A stretch of DNA of 64,000 nucleotides, from assembly GCF_037042905.1 (NCBI RefSeq), contig NC_087252.1:17546001-17610000 (forward strand). The letters run 5' to 3'. The stretch comes from Lytechinus pictus. Taxonomy: Eukaryota. The notes beneath the pieces were generated by a model. The model saw only the letters and a list, made by a program, of their open reading frames with translations, did not search any database and was not told the DNA's origin. The translations under genes and the position numbers were made by a program. How positions within the stretch are numbered: the first letter of the stretch is position 1; each line of letters opens with the position of its first letter. Positions 47,613 to 62,400 of this stretch are shown here, one piece after another.

Positions 47613-49197
47613 TATAGTCTTCTCCAGCAAGAGAATTGAACATTATTGACCTTTCAGGATTAGCTGGCATTAATACTCATCGAACTGTTCTTAGTCTTTG
47701 CCCAGGCCTATGGTCATGAAAGAGCAAGATCACTCACCCGTGTAGAGAATCATTAATTGACAATGGCATGCTCAGCGGGTTCGCTATAAGACCACAATGA
47801 ATGGGAGAGGCGCTCAGAGAATAGTTCCCCATATCCGCTGTCGAGATTATGGTCATAATTTCAATAGACGAACCTACTTCAAAAGACCGTTGGCCCGTCC
47901 GATGGGGAATCTTTTGTACTATAGTGTATTAAAGCGCGTCAGTAACGACCGTCCCGACTTCTTTCTTTCACCATCATCGAGTAGCGATTAGCACGTAAAA
48001 TCGCATAAATTATCTCACAAAACGGATCTAATGTTCATGATTACCAGCATCACCATAATCATTACTATTATCTTTCATATATTCTTAATTATATAAAATA
48101 TAAAATTGATATTGGAGAACGATTGTAAATAGATAATGAATGAATGATGATGGTGATGATGATAACAGTGATGATGATAATGATAATTATAACTTTGAAG
48201 TGATATTAACAGTCATGATAATACGAATAATAATATCAGTGATATGATAATGTTGATGATTAAATGATAACAAATAAAGATGATTGGTATATTTTGCGGC
48301 AATGAACCATGTATACCTTGAGACGCGTTTTTTCTTTATCATGTTTGTTTTAAAAGAGTTTTCACATCATGATCCTGAAATACATAGATTATATTTAAAT
48401 TAAAAATAGAGAGAATGGATGGCCTTCATCTAATTTTGGAAAAGATTTTGCGGGTTCTCAAGTCCAACGCAGTATCAAACATGATTGCATATCGAGGTCG
48501 ATGCGATTTTTATATCGACATCATTCCCCAGAGTCTATCAAGTTATGAATTTGTGTGCATTTTCGCAAAATTGGCATTTGTAATACGAGATTATTATAAT
48601 GTTAGAGTACTGTAACATCCGAACTGCATGCCATCCCGGCTACGTACGTTTTGAATACATCGGCTATTTCGATTTCTGGATGCATGATACCATGCAATTA
48701 AAGCGGTGTACGCCTGAATTATATTGATTGTATTAATTTTATTATAACGTCGACAAACAGAATTCATTAGATTCTTTATCATTACACCAATGACATGAAC
48801 TTATGCACATATAGGCCTACGTCTTCTGCTTGATAGAACACTGACCCCCCCCCCCCCTCCCCCATTAGAGCGAGAACAATGAAATTGCGCTCTCTCATTA
48901 ATATTGATTTCGATACGGAGATCGGGAAACGCACGCCATTAATTAATAATAATTTACATTATTTGTATAAGTTAGCACAAAACGTTTATCTAAACGCTAA
49001 GGAAAAAATATATAGAGAGAAGGAATTTCACCAAAAATAAAGTAGTTGTACAGTTCACAGTAGGCTGTAAACAATTGAGGGGCTTCACATGCGGAGAGAA
49101 AGCTATATTTAACAAAAAAGGGTTTTAACACGGATTTGAATTTCTCTCTTGAATTTGAATTTGCTTGTTTAATACTTTTTGGTAGATTGTTCCAGAG

Positions 49198-50640
49198 TTG
49201 GATCCAGGGGTGGGGCAAGGGGTCCGCCCTCCCTCCTCCCCCTATTGGCGGAGCAAAACAAGGGGGAAAGGAAGACCAAAAAAAGGAAAAGAGGGGAGAA
49301 AAATGGTACACATGAGAGGAGGAAAACGAGTGAATAAATAAGATGAGGGGCAGACTTCGAAAACAATAAAAAAAAAATTGTCATGTCATTTTATAAAATT
49401 TTCGCTCGTGCTTCGCGCTCGCATTACCTTTTAGGTGATTTACATATATGGAACTTTAAATATCAAATTTTGAAGTAGATATACATAACATATTTCAGCT
49501 CGGAAATCGAACTTTAAAAAAAAAAGTGTTTTGTAAAAATTTCTTTTTTATTGTCTGAATGTTTGAATATTAACATTTTCTGCTTGCGCTGCGCGCTCAC
49601 AAAATTTGATTTGTCAGGTACCTATTATTTTCCTGTATGCCATATAGTTATCCCTATCTATTATCCCTATTCATGTCAGATTGTAAAAACGTATCAGCTA
49701 GCGCTGCATGCTCGCATTTTGATTGGTGAGTTATACAAATTTAAATATTAATTCTATAACAAACTACTAAAAATCTCCATTTTATGACAGTTTATCAACA
49801 ATTTTCGGCTGGCGATTTGCGCGCTCATTAATTGTTAAAAATATATTAACTCATGCATCTTATTCATTATTACAAAAGTGCTTTAAATGGCCAGTTTTCA
49901 GGCTATAATATTGACTGATTTCTCGCTCTGATTAGGCTTATTAGATTAATAAATTAATTTAATGATAAATTGTCCCTTTTTCAGAATGAAATATCGACAG
50001 GTTTCATCTCGCGCATTGATAGGAAGAGAAATAGGAAGACAGCCATAATTCTCATACGATGGAATAATGTTCTTAGAATGTCCCGGTCCTACATGTATGT
50101 CAAAACTCAAAGTAATAATAATGAAACATACCAGCTCCTTTAACTGTGATCCATATCCACTCACAATTTTCCTACAAATCTCGAATTTTCCGCTTGCACT
50201 TCGCGCTCGCATCAGTTGCTTTGTTATATATTCAACTTTTTCATGATAAATTTTTTTTTAATTCTTCAGGTAGAAAGGTCAAAATTCAGCTCGCGCTTCG
50301 CGTTCGCGTTATTTGACTTTTGAAATATGTAACGTCTTCAAGGCTTACTGCAATCAGCCGTTAACAGATTTTTTTTTATCAGAATGATCAAAGCGTATAT
50401 TAAATTTATTCATCTCGTTTAGGATCACAAGCATTGCCAGAATACCATTTTAGGACAAAATACATGGAATAATAATTTTTAAAAAATAGCTCGCGCTTCG
50501 CGCTCGCACCATTTAAATAAGGCTTATGAGATTATTTTACATTTATTTAAACAAACAAAAATCAGATTTGAGCGGCTGATCGGGGGAAATGTGGTTAAAA
50601 AGACCCCCCGCCCCTTTTGCGAAGGCTGGATCTGCCCCTG
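49198..50640. mobile_element. Non-autonomous DNA element with reiterated GCTCGCGCTTCGCGCTCGC motifs
   Basis: GGATCCAG..GGGG near the left end, GGCTGGATCTGCCCCTG at the right end; motif copies near 49404, 49580, 50190, 50289 and 50489. Confidence 0.55.
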
Positions 50641-52463
50641 CAAGTGTACTCACTTTTGGAGAGTCACAGCAAATATCTGTAATATGAATATGTCGTTCAC
50701 ACACAAGTAAAGACCTTAACTTTTTAACACCACGTTTTAAACGGGTCAAAATGCCCTATTTTAGTGACAGCTTTTTTGTCTAAAAAGTTTTCAAGGGAAA
50801 ATGTGCCCCCACCTGAAAATCTGCCACTGATTGAATACATCTAAATCATTCAATTATAGACACGTGTAGTCCAGAATAATGCATAAATCAGAATGATTAA
50901 CATATATATAATAAGCCTAACGTTTTTACTTCTACTATTTTGATCCTGTTTTGATCCTGTTCAAAAACACAATTCGAATTAACTCCATCGCAGTGGTGCC
51001 AACACTGAACAGTTCAATGTTCTTGCTCGTGAATAAATGCTATTTTCCCGAAAGCACGAAACCAATTAATGCTTATTTAACCACATGTCTATCCCGGCTT
51101 TTGTATGAAGTGGGGTTGAAAAAAAAATCATCCCCGCGCCTGAACAAATCACGCTTGCATTATTTAGTCTGATACTTACCCTCTCGATGACTTTGAATTA
51201 TTTTGGTTGTAATAAAATCGAGTATAACATCTGTTCTATAAAACTTGATTTTGTAACATTTATTATAAAAATACTTATGAACAAATTATTTGGTTTACAT
51301 AAAAAAGCGCCTTCTCATATTTAAATTTTACCTTAAACGTACACTGTAAATATTTTCAAACGAAATCTATGAAAAGGGTGGAAGTTAGACTTTCATTTTG
51401 ATGCCAAATAGTCTCATTAATTGGGATTAGTTGCAAACACGGTGTTCGAGTAAAAGACACATCGGGGACTCACCAAAGTATCAAGACAGTCACCCGCGCT
51501 GACAAAGTGGTAATCTCCCATTGAAATACCCCCACCAATCAAGGGGTCATCCTTCTATTGAAATCCGCCACCAGTCAGACCACCTCTATGTTCAACAATA
51601 GGGTAATCTCCCCCAATCAAAAAATGGGGTAATTTAAATCTACCTTGACAATTGGGTAAGCCGAGCTCTCCCATTAAATACAGCTAGCAATGCACTGGCC
51701 CAGGTCATTTTCAACGTCCGGCTTTCGGGGAATTAAAATGAGCATCAAATGGGTAGTTTTCTTGTTCTCGTTTTGTCCCCATACTAGAGCCTTGATTTTG
51801 GTTCTTTTCGTAATGTGTATTTTAATATCTTTTCCATTATATTTATCAGCATTTCGAAATTTAATGTAGTTTAATACTTGTCTTTATAAAGAGCAATATT
51901 ACATAAAACCTGTTTGGCGCAGGAAATTATAACATAACGTTCCACCGATATTTCATCAACACATTTTTAATTAACCATGTAACTTTCCTCTTTATAGGTC
52001 TACTCTTAATATATACATTCGAGTTATATTCTTTGCCTATCAGCTCTCCGTGCATTTTTATAATCAAATATATTTGGAAAAGGGGTGTTTACCAGGCGAA
52101 AGTGAAGGTCCTCACTTGTGCATGAACGACATATCCTCATTAAAATACATGCTGTGAGTTTCAAAGGGGGCACACTTGTGTAAAAATGGCATATTTACAT
52201 TAACAAATTGATAATGGCTCTCAAAGGGGGAGGGTGCACGGGCCGGATGCCACCCCCCCCCCCCCCCCGGAATCACTACCGTACCCTCCAGGTGCAGAAT
52301 ATAGACCCACTGACTTCTTTTAGTAGAGGTCACAAAATAAACCACAATACTTTTGAGAGGCCAACTATTGTTCAAAATAAATACAGCGCCTATTAGATTG
52401 TATTGTGTTACTTCGGCAGGATCTGCGCCAGCATACACTCCATCCTTCTTGATCTAGTATGCC

Positions 52464-52634
52464 TAATACCTCGGTCACGTTTTTTTTCTACGGCGGCCGT
52501 ACGGCGAGTCGAAAACAGCCGTTTTAACAGTTTTCGTACCAGCTAAATATAGGTGGTTTGAATAAAAAATGAATAAAATGGCTGTTTTCGACTCGCCGTA
52601 CGGCCGCCGTAGAGCAAATGTGACCGAGGCATTA
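52464..52634. mobile_element. Short palindromic MITE, possibly PIF/Harbinger-like
   Basis: CCTCGGTCAC...CTACGGCGGCCGTACGGCGAGTCGAAAACAGCC pairs with GGCTGTTTTCGACTCGCCGTACGGCCGCCGTAG...GTGACCGAGG; TAA and TTA at the ends. Confidence 0.8.
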
Positions 52635-54579
52635 CCATTTCCTGAACGTTTATTGATTTTTTTTTGTGTGTAAAAGTATTTAAATAAAAAAATAAAAAAG
52701 CTATACAGAATACAACTATGCGATTAAGAGGTGAAGTACAAAGTTAGAAGGGAAACTAGGCCAAAGAGCCTTCCGTATTACTTACTTTACGTCGGTAAAT
52801 TATGTTTACCTTAGACACTGGGAATCTAATTTGCATTTTGACACACACACATTGCAGATAAATTCAGATATTTGAAAGGAAGAAGAAATCAACGGCAATA
52901 TGCACGTACTGCATAAGTCAAACGTGAAGGTTAAAGAAATAAGTATAGAAAAGATTTAGACAAATTCAAATGAAGAAATGAAGTTGGATGAAAAAAAGGA
53001 GCCATAAAATTAAGTTGAAAAAATTAAATATTGTGAGTAGACCTGGAAAATTGAAAGAAATAATTAAACCTCCCCCAACTGCAGAACGGTTTTGAAGGGG
53101 GATCACCATGCATAAACTCATGGTACTTTTTACGTTTTGTACGCTATTTGGGGGAAAAATAGTGTGGAGGCTTCAGCCCAGACCCCTTCGGTTCTGTGGC
53201 TCCTGGATGGTAATCAAGAACACTTGGTCACTTAGTACTCTAGATCACAGGGGAAATTGATAAGAGAATAAGGACAGATCCCAGGTAAAAATATAATATA
53301 GGTTTTTCCTGTCCGATTTAATGTCGGAGTCACTTAAATGTGTTAATTTGCATTTTAATTCACGCGATATTTTCCCCCCGAAGAGATCGGTCATTCAAAG
53401 TTTAGAATGGGATTCATTAAAAGACGCTATAATTCCTTTATAAACATTTAACTAAATTCATGGTCAAGACTACCTCAAATTTGATAATTTTAATACTAAT
53501 TTGTTAAGTGCTTTTGATTTCGTTTGAAGGTAAAGATGTTTGAAATGGTCTTACAAAGTAACGAAAGTACTTTTTGTTCTAAATTTCGGGCAATGAAATT
53601 CAAGAATTGTGCATTTAATCAACAATGACCGATATGACTGCTTGAGCATCCAATTTATTTTTTAAAAGTTCAAATTAATGATATTTTATTCGTTTGTTTT
53701 GCACGACATCTGTATTATGTGTGAATATATTAGGTTTTAACATGTTAATTTTTAAACATATGTACAATGAATTAGATATAGGCCTATGTTTAGCTCAAAT
53801 ATGAATTTCAACGATGCCCTTAGTTTTATCTTTTTTCCCATTAAAAAACGCTTGCATTTTATGTGTTTTTTTTTTTGTCACAGTAGCGTTTCAATGTAGA
53901 AATTTAAATGCCATCATTTTGGGACCCATGTATGATTTATATTGCATCTTTTGCGAAGGGTTTTGCATTTCGTTTACAAAGAAGTTAAGGACAATTCCAT
54001 ATTTTTCCTTTTCACCCGACAATGCTGACTGTGTGGGCTCAGTGTGATGAAAAAAATCTTACCCGCGCCTGAACATTTACTTTTAGAAAGTCAACGTCTT
54101 AACGGTATATTCTTCAAAATAAAACAACTCGTGCTAAAGCTTAATTGTTCTATTTAAAAAAATCAAATCTAAATCAAATTAAACTTTGTCACTACTGAAA
54201 CCTAAAACGAAAAATTATCAAAATAAATTGTGAAAGCGTAACTTTGGAAAATATATACCCCATTGGACTAGGCACATCGATAAAAGGACACAACGATATT
54301 CAGATCAGTGAATACAGATCGGGCGTTTAATAGTTTGCCTAAAACGCCGATATCGTGGACATAGAGGGCGCTCATGCAAAAACATCTTATCGGAGAGCCA
54401 ACCGGGGGGTGTCAAAAGAAAAGATAAAAGCGCACGCTTCCGTTTTCGCTGCAAAAGGGCACGCTGGCGTCTTGAATGGCAAGAGCACTGACCCGTAGAA
54501 AGAAAAATGGACAACTGCACGCTGAGCGGGTTCGCCGTAGAATATAAAGGTAAAGACGCACGCACACCTTTGACAAGAC

Positions 54580-54722
54580 GCCTAACGTCACCATCCGAAA
54601 GACGTGACCAGGGCTCGAACCTCGAACCTCTGCATCAATTTGTAACTTCCCCACAGCTAGGATTCCAGGCGCACGCCACAACGCCCAGTTTAATTGGTAA
54701 CATCTAATCCAAGAGAGGGCGC
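54580..54722 (-). mobile_element. SINE-like fragment
   Basis: Minus strand has B box GGTTCGAGCCC followed by GTCTTTCGGATGGTGACGTTA, resembling conserved SINE central domains. Confidence 0.5.
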
Positions 54723-56891
54723 AAGACACGTATACAAATATATTCATCAGTTATCTTGCTAGCTGATATGAGTCTGATGCTGCGAGTGGCTCTGGTCTTC
54801 ACTCACCATGAACGATCATAAACGATCTGTGAGTCTTCTCTACAGCCACCGTTAGTAGCTTTTCGCAGTAGACAGATCAGACAATCACACACGTTTATTA
54901 GTATTACAGATTTTCTGTTGCCTATACATGACTAGATTATAAGCTAAGAAAACCTTCCATTTTTGTTACTACCAACAGCAGAACATCTCTCAGCAATGTA
55001 AACTGCATTCTTGGCATTTCCTTTCCAGTGATGATGCTTAGACAAATTAAGACCTGGCTTATCCACATCCTCCAGGAGCGACCAAAGACATTCCAACGTG
55101 TCACTACCGGTATGATTACTTTTAATCAAATTCAGTATTTGCAAAATGCTTCATTTTGTTGATATCGTTGAAATTTTGACTACTATTTGAAAGTTCAGGT
55201 TGTTTTGTGAGAATTATATTGTTTATGTTTCAGGTAGTCTATTAATTGAAAGTGAATGTAAAATCTGTTTGCTTTAATAACTTAGGTTCTCCATGATTAA
55301 TATTTTACATTAGCGATGTCTAAATTACGTTTTGTTGGTTCACATTTGGATAAAATGTGAATCCTATACATATATTTCCAGATATTTGGGCGATCCCACA
55401 TGGAGGGATATCGATAGTAGCAGATAATATGTGGACAGTTGCATCACAAAATGTATTAAATCGCTAATAAATTGTAGTCGAAGTAACTATGGCAGATGAT
55501 TTGTTTGATCAATAATGAACAAGAAATCAATGTTTTAATGTTATCATTTTATCAGCGATATGACTCAATAATTAACTGTGTCCACATACTATAGATCTCC
55601 TCCTCATCCACATCGCATGGTTCTTGACGGAGTGATCACTGACATTCTACCTGTATTCTTTCACTACTGGTATGATTACTTCTAAATAGATATTGTATAT
55701 TTCAAGCTCTATATTATATTGCTGTTAATATAATACCGTATGTCATTTCATGTATACTATCTCTTTTTTTCTTGATTTATTTAATGGTCTGTTATTTAAC
55801 CCTTATCATTCATTTTTTTTCCTAAAAAATTGTCACAATGCTATCGACCATAAAAATCTAGTTTAATTTTCTACTACATCTATGAAGACTGCCATGAACA
55901 TATCGCGACAAACTCTCCGAGGTCATTAAATCATAATGACGTCATCCACGCGCCATTTGTATTTTTATTCATGATATTGATCATTACAAATTCACCAAAT
56001 TCGGGAACGATAAAAAAAACATTTTAAAATCTATTTAATGTTCTCCAAAATCTTATACGCACATTTTAGGTGATATGAAGATGAGAGAGCTGATGATGTA
56101 ACACATTTGTTTAATATTGGTGTTTCGTTATATGGATTATAGAATACTTCATATTTTGGAAATCTTGCAATAAGGAAACTCTTCATTGAATCACAATATG
56201 TTACCAAAAATGCATGTAATCAAGAAGGGCTTAAACATTTTTTTCATGCAATAAAATACAAAGTAAATAGATGGTGGGTGATGTCAAGTTAAGACCATCC
56301 ATTTTGCTGGTCGGTAATGATACATGCCAATTACTTATGTGAATTTAAGCAAAAAGTGAAAATGGTTTTAAATTCTTATTCTACTTTGAGTTTTGATGAA
56401 ATTTCAGCGTTATGCTTGTTATATCTATCTTTATAGACCTCTTTGCTCGAGAATAGTTTTGAAAGACTAACGTTGAATGTTTGGTGGATGGGTTGTCTAT
56501 AATGTCTCAAAGCGCCACACAAAAATATTCCAACTTACCTAGTCAATTCTAGAACATTATGTTTGCATTTACCTCAGTCATATCCCAATACTTTTTCAAT
56601 ATTCAAGTCAAATCAAGCAGTTTTCTTCTTCTTCTTCCTTTTATGTCAGGATGCATTGTGGCAGATGGCGTCAATGGCGAGAGCAAGATAAATCACGTTG
56701 GGCATGTAAGGGCCTTTGCTGTGATTCAGAGCTGCCATTGTGGGTAAAATACATTTGTGGTTTATACACATTTTTGCAGTATTATTTATTACACGGTTGA
56801 CCTGCAAACTGGAGTTGAAAATATCTAAAAATTATACAGATTTTGTAAATAATTGTAGGTTTCTCTTACGTACATTGTAGTAGCACAAATC

Positions 56892-58763
56892 ATGGCGACA
56901 CTTGAGCATACTGTTTTGCAAAGTTTAAAGTGTCCCGTTTGTTTTGGTTTGCTGAACGATCCAAAACAACTTTCATGTTCACACACATTTTGTCAAAAAT
57001 GTATTCAAGGTATTCTAGCATTCTCTGTACAGAGGAATACTTTATTATGTCCAATATGTAGAAACACAACAAATGTCACAGATGGTGATGTTGCAAATCT
57101 TAAAACTAATATACCTGTTAAGTCAATTGTTGATGACGTCAGGAATAGTAAACAGCTCTGTGACGTGTGTGAAGAGCAATCAAGAGCCACACAATTCTGT
57201 TGCGAATGTGGTAAAAATATGTGTAACGCATGTCTGCAAGATCATAACAACTGGAAACCACATCTCAAGCATAAAGTAGTGAGCGTTGAAGAAATCAGGA
57301 AGGGTAGGGTAGTGTTAAAGAAGAAGGTTTACTGTAAAGAAGAAGTGCACACATCAGATGAATGTGAATGCTCTGATGTCTGCACGACATGTAAGAAGCT
57401 CATTTGTATGAGATGTCGCATGCTCTACCACGAGAAAAAAGGCCACGATGTGGAAGATTTAAGAGAGTACAATTCGTCTTTCAAAAAGAGCTCTGAATTA
57501 CTTCAGGGTCAAGAAAAGACAAAAGCTACAGCAGTCAAGAATCATATGACGTGTATTGATAACCAAATCAAACGTGTTCATGATCACATTAATGCTGAAA
57601 ATGTGAAGCTTGACAAGCTTTGTGAAGATGCTATCAAGAAAATAAAAGAGAGGAATGCTACCTTGAAAAGGCAACTAGATGATCAGAGAGAAGAATTATG
57701 CAAGAGTTTAAATAATATGAAAATTGATGATGAGAGGTTGGTTAAGAGTATTGAGAGTGCGAGTGATTTGCTGAGTAATACTTTGAAAGCCCCACTAGAA
57801 GGAGATGTTGTAGCAATTCGTGATTCATTGTATGGAGAATTGAAAAATGTATTACTTAGGGAAAATCCAAAGAAGAAGGTTGCTACTGATATAGGTGATC
57901 ATGCAGAGGAACTGACTTTTACACCGAGCTGCAATCCTGATGCATTATCAATGGGGGAACTGAGGATTGTGAATTGCGAGCCCGCGAAATGCAATGTATT
58001 ACTCACAAAGAAAGATAGTATGAATGGCATGGTGACTTCAAAGAATGGCATAGTTGCTGTTGGATCAAGATTTGGAGGAATCGAAATCTACTCTGCTGAT
58101 GGTCAGCTGCAGAAGACAGTCATTAAAGATTTATGGATACGTGAAGTAGGATTCCTCTCTGATGATCGATATGTTGTACGTGATACATGCAATAAGATAT
58201 CACTGTACACATCAGATGAAGAGAAGCAGTATGTAACATTCGATACTATAGGTGATAGTGAAGGTGGGTTTGGTGATCTCACTGTAGACAGCAATGATCT
58301 GATCTATGTTAGCTACAGGAAAGCTAAGAAGATCCAGGTATTCTCACCATCAGGTGGGAAGGCTATGAGGGTGATACCATGCGATGGGTATGAACCAAAG
58401 CAAATCACAAGTTATGGTGATTCATTGATCGTTAAGCAGTTTAAGAATACAATAATACGTATTGATAAGGACGGTAATATAATGCATAGATTATGGAAAC
58501 CTGGGGAAAATGACCTCTTTGCTGATGTGACTAAAGACAATACAACCCTGATTGCCTCTGTAAGACGCAATGAAGGTCTGCTCAATATCGATGAGTATAC
58601 CGGTGAGCTCAAACACATTAGGAGTCTTATATCTGATTACAAGATTGAGAAACCTGAGAGACATTGGTATTACCTTCAACAGTTTCAATCAGGAGAGATA
58701 GCTTTCTGTACACCTGATAGGCTCTATGTATTCAACCTAGTTACTAGTAAAGTTACCTCGTAA
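56892..58763 (+). CDS. TRIM/RBCC E3 ubiquitin ligase with NHL-like beta-propeller, copy B, uninterrupted CDS
   Basis: 623-aa ORF collinear with copy A; RING and B-box Cys/His ligands appear conserved. Confidence 0.93.
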   Translation: MATLEHTVLQSLKCPVCFGLLNDPKQLSCSHTFCQKCIQGILAFSVQRNTLLCPICRNTTNVTDGDVANLKTNIPVKSIVDDVRNSKQLCDVCEEQSRATQFCCECGKNMCNACLQDHNNWKPHLKHKVVSVEEIRKGRVVLKKKVYCKEEVHTSDECECSDVCTTCKKLICMRCRMLYHEKKGHDVEDLREYNSSFKKSSELLQGQEKTKATAVKNHMTCIDNQIKRVHDHINAENVKLDKLCEDAIKKIKERNATLKRQLDDQREELCKSLNNMKIDDERLVKSIESASDLLSNTLKAPLEGDVVAIRDSLYGELKNVLLRENPKKKVATDIGDHAEELTFTPSCNPDALSMGELRIVNCEPAKCNVLLTKKDSMNGMVTSKNGIVAVGSRFGGIEIYSADGQLQKTVIKDLWIREVGFLSDDRYVVRDTCNKISLYTSDEEKQYVTFDTIGDSEGGFGDLTVDSNDLIYVSYRKAKKIQVFSPSGGKAMRVIPCDGYEPKQITSYGDSLIVKQFKNTIIRIDKDGNIMHRLWKPGENDLFADVTKDNTTLIASVRRNEGLLNIDEYTGELKHIRSLISDYKIEKPERHWYYLQQFQSGEIAFCTPDRLYVFNLVTSKVTS

Positions 58764-59028
58764 GAATATTATGTTTCGGCCTTCAAGAGCCTATTAATGT
58801 CCTACTTTACAAATTCTTAAATTCACCAGTTTCAATGCTAATCTTGGTATTTATGTTTCATTAATGTCAAGAAAGTTAATTCATTCCATTCGATAAAAAA
58901 TAATGTAAACAATAGGATAGTAAAAGGCAAAAGTACATAATATACAATTGTTATTACATACAGAGGAGAGTAATTGAAATATGAGACTCTGCAAAGGTTG
59001 AAAAAGAATTAAACTTCAGTTTAAGAAG

Positions 59029-59446
59029 AATCAAGGTACTGTTAGATTATTCGTGTTTCTGATTTCGAAAAGGAAAAGGGAAACGAGGAGGCGCGCTCAA
59101 TTTTCTGTTTCGTGAAGGTGAAGCAGAAAAAGGGAAAAGAGATTTCAATTCAATGTTATGTTTCGTGAACGCGAAACAAATAGAGGAAACGAAACTTTCA
59201 ATTCAATTTTGTGTTTTCAAAAGGAAAAAATAAAAATTATAATATGTAAAAAAAAAGTCAAACGGAAGAATTAACCGTTTTTCTGTTTTCTCGTTTTTAC
59301 ATCTTTCATTCTTGAATCAAAATATTGAAAAATTGCCGTTTTCTGTTTTAAATCTCGAAAATAGAATCAATTTTGAATAACTATTTCGATTTTGCTTTTC
59401 CGTTTCGAAACCAGAAAAAAACGATATGTCTAACGGTACCTTGATT
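59029..59446. mobile_element. TIR element inserted only in copy B, rich in GAAA/TTTC motifs
   Basis: AATCAAGGTACTGTTAGA / TCTAACGGTACCTTGATT termini. The equivalent site in copy A (~18330) is empty. Confidence 0.75.
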
Positions 59447-62400
59447 AGGAAGCTCTGTCCAAAGCTGCACCCCAACTGTATCTTGTTTAACATAGTTTCA
59501 TGCATGTGTACGTAGATTTCACTACTTCTATCTTTACCATTCTTAAAAGATCTTTACCATTCTTAAAAGAATACAGTTTAAGGGCTTTCCTTGAAACTCC
59601 ATTTAAGTAGAAATTAATTTACCAAAGTGACTGTTTGATGTTGCCTTTTCTTTCCATTAAAATATCATTTTGCATACCCTTATTTAGAAAAAAAAAATGT
59701 TCAAGCATAAATACATATGACACCAAGCAAAATTGAAAGGTGAAATAAAGCAGATTACATTGACTATTCAGAAATGATTAAAACCTATATTTCATATCCA
59801 ATGTTTACTTTCTAAATGAAGAATATTCTATGACATAAACGACTGATGTTGACAACGTGACCAGTAATGAGTCTGGTCACCCATAGTAGGCCTACGGAAA
59901 AAGAAATGTTTGTTGAGAATGGGAATCAATAAATACAAGACCTAATAGTTATATGTAATTGTAAATGTATGAGTGTGCGTATCTTGGGGGTGGGCCAGAA
60001 ATCTTCAGAGAAATAAAATGAGGAAAATTTTAAGACTTACAAAAAAAAATCAAAAGCAATTATAAATCGCAATATAAATTTAATCTAATGATAAACAATC
60101 AATCAATCAATATCAGATCAATACGGCCAAAAATTCGGATGTTGAAAAATCCTGGAGAAAGTTTGCCCCTATAACATGGCTTTTTATAGACCCAATATTG
60201 AGAGAAGTGAGTTGATAGACATAATACACGTGACGTGAAAACGGTGGATTCAAAGCTGGAGAATAACGCTTATTTTCAGCCATTCTTTATCGTTATGATT
60301 TGGTTTGCATGATAATACTGGTAATATTATTAAAAATTGTAATATAAGAAATGCATGCATATGATAAAGTTTTACATCAACCGAATAAAGTAATCTGGTA
60401 ATGGTGAATATTACTTTTGTTGGTGCTATATACTCTACTTGGATGCTATGGTATGTTCACGATTTCGATGCATTTATCAGTTTGTTCATGATAATTTCCA
60501 TTACATATCCCTTTTTTGTTTTCGATATTATTAGTAACATAAATATAAATTAATGAGCGATGACAACAAACATACATGTCGAATTCGATGTCAATACAAA
60601 TGGAAATCATAAGAACCACAATTCAATTTATGGCATCGCAAATTGGGAATAACCTTCATCAAAATGTAAAACAGAAATGTACAGTCATTTTGTTCACAGC
60701 TAACAAAGGAAAGGAGAAATATAGGCCTATAAATGTATATACATATTTCGTTTATTTTTTCATAACGTTTATTGCACTTATGAATTGTATTTAGTTGTAA
60801 ATTCGTTTTATTTCAGATTGCTCAATCGAAGGGGAAAAATGTTCATCGTAATAAAATTATACTGAGTTTTTTTTTCTTAAAGTGCATTGTTTTATATTTG
60901 ATCACATGTAACGCATTAAGTGTGTTCATATTGTAAAAAAGCTGAACAAAATTTATACATACCACTAAACCCTTTCTATTTCCGCAGTCATTTCACCAAA
61001 CAAATAAAAAACAAAACATTTTTTTATTTGCATTGTATATTATTTGGTCTCATTCTTTCATTTAATCATAAAACTAGTTATTCGAATTAATTAAGACCAA
61101 TCAAACGTTTCAAACAGACTTGTAGATGGAAAATTGAAACAGTGCCCTTCCATCTTTGTGTTCAAACACATGCTAAAGTCCCATTTTATACATTATTTAT
61201 TTATACATATATATTACAAGTGGTGTCCATTTCGTGCAGTTTTGTATAAAATTTTAACCAACTGTTGTATTTGGGTTTTTTTTGTCATTTTATATAGCAT
61301 TTATAAAAAGTATTATTATTAACAGGAGACCGACGAAAGAAAAGCTTGTAAAAAACGCTACCAATGAAATTAGACAATCTTAAAAGCAGTTGATTTCAAT
61401 ACAAACGATTTAAAAGGGAAATAATAGTGAGAGCAAACGTAGAACAAACATGGAAATGGTAAAAATAAATGGATACAAGGAGATGCATGGTCATAAAAAA
61501 TATTATAGATAATAAAACATGTATCAGGAAGGTAATGGGGCTTCCAAAGCAATGAATAAAAGAAACGAAAATGAAAAGAAAGAACGAAGGACAAAAGTGG
61601 GATGAAATAAAGGGGGAAAGAAAATAAGTTATAAGATTGTTGCCAAAAGTGCTCAGTATGGCCTTGAAAGAGATTTTTCTTGGCTGGACAAATACAGATT
61701 TTTTAAAAAACATCAGGAATAATTCACGAGTTATTCCTCAATAGTCATCTTTATCACGCTATATCACAATACTTTGTTTCTAGTTTAGGTACTATTATTC
61801 TTTCTTGTCGTGCAATCGTTTAACTCTTATCCAAACATATTGACATTTTATTTTTAAGAGTGATTATTTATGTATTATGATTTTAAAGAGTGATATTGGA
61901 GGTCATTGTCACCTCATTTTATCCTGAATTAGTTTCTTAACAAGTCTTTATCGATTATCTTATTCTTTTCATGCATATTCATGATTGTGGTTGCGTCAGT
62001 ATCGAGTGAATATGACATACCAATTTCCCTACTTACGCTCAATATTTACAGCCTGAGCCTTTAGTACGGCTATTTGTATGTATTATTTTGCTTTTTAACC
62101 TAGGCGTTGTGTTGGAACTGAATGCATACCACTCAAAGATGTAGTTTTTGTCTTTGTTTTCTCTCCACCTGAATCCAACAAGCCTAATATACAATCGGTA
62201 TATATGTATATATATTGTATGTGTATATATATATGTATACATATATAGATATATATATATATACAAATATACATATATATATATTTTATATATACATTTT
62301 GAACATTACCAATAAAGGATATGAATTCTTTTGTCAGTGTATAAAATATTATTACATAATTTTGCTGTTAGAGTGAAATGTGTCTAAATTCGAAGGAATA

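Noticed and set aside
51119-51146. Short match GAAAAAAA...CCCGCGCCTGAACA to 54050-54075
   Set aside because: Too short to interpret; could be a repeat fragment or promoter remnant.
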